This document shows, in pieces, positions 61,449 to 64,000 of a stretch of DNA of 64,000 nucleotides. Numbering within the stretch: the stretch's first letter is position 1; the number at the start of each line of letters is the position of its first letter. Under the pieces are notes generated by a model. The model had not been told where the DNA came from. It saw only the letters and a list, made by a program, of their open reading frames with translations, and searched no databases. Source of the DNA: Gracilinanus agilis (Eukaryota); contig NC_058135.1 in NCBI RefSeq assembly GCF_016433145.1, forward strand, positions 272,957,222 through 273,021,221, written 5' to 3'. The position numbers and the translations under genes were made by a program.

Positions 61449-62062
61449 TGCTCTCCTCTCTTAAGTGTAAGTTTAGTGTTTCACCTGTAGATGTGAAGTT
61501 AGGAAAATGTTTTATGTGCCATCTAGCATTACTTATCCATGTAATGAGGTGTTACATACTTACTTCACTGGAATTCTTTTGCAAAGTGCATGTACTTCTT
61601 GGATGGAATCTAGTGTGGTATGCAGTGAGAATTCTGTTGGGTGTAAGTTATCTTCTTCAAATAAATCTGTCCAATGCTGATCCAGTGCTCCTCTTCACAA
61701 TGTGGATTTCCTTCTTACAATTGGTGTATTCGGTCACGGATGTCTTTTGTAGTTCTCAGGTTTGCTGTCCTCGTGAAGATCTGCGAAGTCAGCAATACCT
61801 CACTTGTGTCATTTGATGTTATCCTGCGCTTGTCAACTTGCACTGGAATTGCTGTTTTGGTGTGTTGACTTGTGTTGTTTGATGCACCCGCGCTTGTCAT
61901 CTTGCACTAGGACTGATGTTCTAGTGTGTTGACTTGTGTCCAGAACAAGTTCAAATGTCTATCAAATGGGAATAATCTTTCTTCTTTCTTTTTTCTTTGT
62001 GGTTTAATAAAGATGATTATAGGTAACAAAAGAATTCGTGATTAAGTCTTTGTGCTTTTCAT

Positions 62063-62443
62063 TTATTCATCGATATCAGTTTCTAGATCTGGGATTGATT
62101 GTAAATCAAATGTTGTGTCTTCTTCTTTTGTTGATTCTTTTCCATTGTCATAATTGTTTACAGATGATTCTTCTAAGTAATTGGGATTGGGATAATCATT
62201 TGGGTTTAAAATTTGGTGTAATATCTGATTGTTTACTGACTCTTGGTCTAATTCTGGTTCTGATTCATGCTCTGATTGTTGTTCTGATTGCTGCTCTGGT
62301 TCTATGGTCTCATGTATAGGCTGTGGACTTTCTGAGGATTTATTTGACTGTCTGGTTGGTGCTAGTTGTTTTTTGTGCTGTATAGTAACTGGGTCTTGTG
62401 GTTGTTGTTGGGACATGTCTTGCTGGCTTGACATGAGTGACAT
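62063..62443 (-). CDS. Putative ERV accessory ORF (126 aa, Q/E/S/N/P-rich, acidic) at the env position
   Basis: Open frame from ATG 62443, overlapping the integrase end (stop at 62340-62342). No Cys, no Trp and no signal peptide. Expression and function unknown. Confidence 0.4.
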   Translation of the reverse strand: MSLMSSQQDMSQQQPQDPVTIQHKKQLAPTRQSNKSSESPQPIHETIEPEQQSEQQSEHESEPELDQESVNNQILHQILNPNDYPNPNYLEESSVNNYDNGKESTKEEDTTFDLQSIPDLETDIDE

Positions 62444-64000
62444 GGAACCAAGGATCCTTTCCTTTAATTTTGATTGCACTAGGAGTAGTTAAAATTATTT
62501 GAAATGGTCCAAGCCACTAGGGTTCTAACACAGACTTACTAGTGAAGTTTCTGATGTAAACAAAATCTCCAGGTTGGAAGTTATGTAGACTAAAATCAAA
62601 GGGTACTCTTTGATGTATCAAGCCTAATATATGGAGTTGATTTAATCGTTGCTTGAGTAATTTAATATATTCATAGTTTGCATTCCATACCCAGGTGTGA
62701 TAATTTGTGAATGCTTTGAGGTGATTTGCCATGGGAAGGTGGATGCCCATATAGCATTTTGAATGGAGATATGTGTGTAATGCTGTTGGGTTGGCATCAT
62801 AGATGGAATAGTGCCAATGGTAATGCATCAGGCCATTTCATGTGAGATTCTGCACAGATGTTTGCTATTAGAGTCTTAAAAGATTTATATACGCGTTCAA
62901 TATGCCCACTCTACTGCAGTCTATATATTGAGTGAAGATGTCGTTTGACTCCTAAGTTTTCATAAACTGTAGCTAAAATTTTATTTGTGAAATGGGACCC
63001 AGAATCTGATGCAATGTGAAGTGGAATAGAGAATCTGGGTATCAGTTCTCATAGTAAGATTTTCACAACAAGCACTGAGGTGTTATGTTTTGCTGGAAAA
63101 GCTTCTGGCCACTTAGTTAATCTATCCACTATCACTAAAACATATCTGTAACCTTGACTCCTTGGCATTGTGATGTAATCAATTTGTAAGCATTCAAATG
63201 GTGTATAAGCTAATGGTTTGCCTCCCAGTCTGTGGACTTTTGTAATTGTCTGGTTAAATTGCATACAAATTCTGCACCTCTGTGAAACTCTCATAGCAAC
63301 TTCATATATGCCCCTTGCATTCCAGTACCTATTTATGGAATCTGCCATGCCCAGATTTCCATAATGCCCTTTTTGGTGTAAAGCATTGCAAAAGGTGAAA
63401 TATAGGGACTTAGGTAACATAGGTTTTCCATTTGCCCCCAGCTAAACTCCGTTAGCCAGGTATGCACCGTGATGTTTCTTCCAATTCTTCACTTCCTTTG
63501 GGGAGTATGTGTTTTTGAGATCATCTTCCTCCACCAAAGATAAGTTCAGAATTGTAAGTGGTCCATACTTTGCTGTGATATCTGCACGTTTGTTTCCTAA
63601 TTCCACTGGCCCTTGGATTTTGGTATGAGCTTTGCAATGAATGACTGACACTTGGGTTGTTAATTGGATTGCATCCAACAACTGATTGATTAAATTCCCA
63701 TATGCTATCTGTTTGCCATTGGATATAATGAAGCCTCTATTTTTCCAGATTTCAGCAGAATGATGCATGACTGAGAAAGCATAATGAGAATCTGTAAAAA
63801 TGTTTGCTTTGCGATTTTCGGCAAGCTTCAGAGTGTGTATCAAACTGACTATTTCTGCTTCTTGAGCACTCATGGTAGATGGTAATGATGAGTATCAAAG
63901 GGTCTCAGAGGCTGTCACTATGGCTACTCTGATATATCTCTGATTGTCTACTATGTATGACAATCCATCTGTGAATAAGGTCATATTGGGGTTTTTCATG
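62340..64000 (-). pseudogene. pol: ERV pol remnant (RNase H + integrase)
   Basis: RNase H: LFTDG, SAQEAE, IFTDSHYAF, VIHCKAH. Integrase: HHCC finger (LHQKGH...CRIC), D (QIDY), D (SDSGSHF), E (GHIERV), C-terminus GPFQIILTTPSAIKIKGKDPWFHVTHVK. Several in-frame stops and a frameshift near 62700. Confidence 0.93.

Larger units (their letters stand above)
60376..64000 (-). mobile_element. Class I (gamma/epsilon-like) endogenous retrovirus, 3' part, continuing beyond the window
   Basis: Minus strand order is RNase H, integrase, non-env 3' region, PPT, then LTR. Confidence 0.92.

Noticed and set aside
61382-61868. Plus-strand ORFs of 144 and 64 aa across the PPT/LTR junction
   Set aside because: Antisense to the provirus, non-ATG start, crossing a structural boundary, with no recognisable motif.
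62229-62492. Cys-rich plus-strand ORF (CSDCCSDCCSG) resembling a metallothionein or keratin-associated protein
   Set aside because: It is the reverse complement of the CAG/CAA/GAG-rich ERV ORF. The Cys content follows from that composition.
63442-63444. TGG>TAG stop in pol as a sign of APOBEC3-type hypermutation
   Set aside because: A single case. The other stops fit CpG decay (CGA>TGA) or simple substitution, and there is no visible G>A run pattern.

Overview
Mammalian, almost certainly didelphid marsupial (opossum-type) genomic DNA, judged from SINE1_Mdo-type, MAR1 and marsupial L1 repeats. The window is part of a class II olfactory receptor (OR4) cluster. It holds four intact single-exon OR coding regions (two OR4B1-like on +, one OR4S-like and one OR4X-like on -) and one OR4S-like pseudogene. 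These sit in a dense matrix of SINEs, L1/L2/L3 fragments, four families of hAT MITEs, mariner-type MITEs and solo LTRs. The last 3.6 kb is the 3' part of a decayed class I endogenous retrovirus (RNase H-integrase, PPT, 3' LTR) whose env position holds an acidic, low-complexity ORF instead of env. Comparing the paralogues reveals a conserved O/E + TATA promoter block upstream of both OR4B genes, and there are candidate Lhx2/Ebf-type elements at ~46.7 kb and ~58.6 kb. There are two N gaps, one bordered by a Nextera (Tn5) adapter. Repeat family names come from memory of consensus sequences, not from a search. Repeat boundaries without a TSD are approximate.
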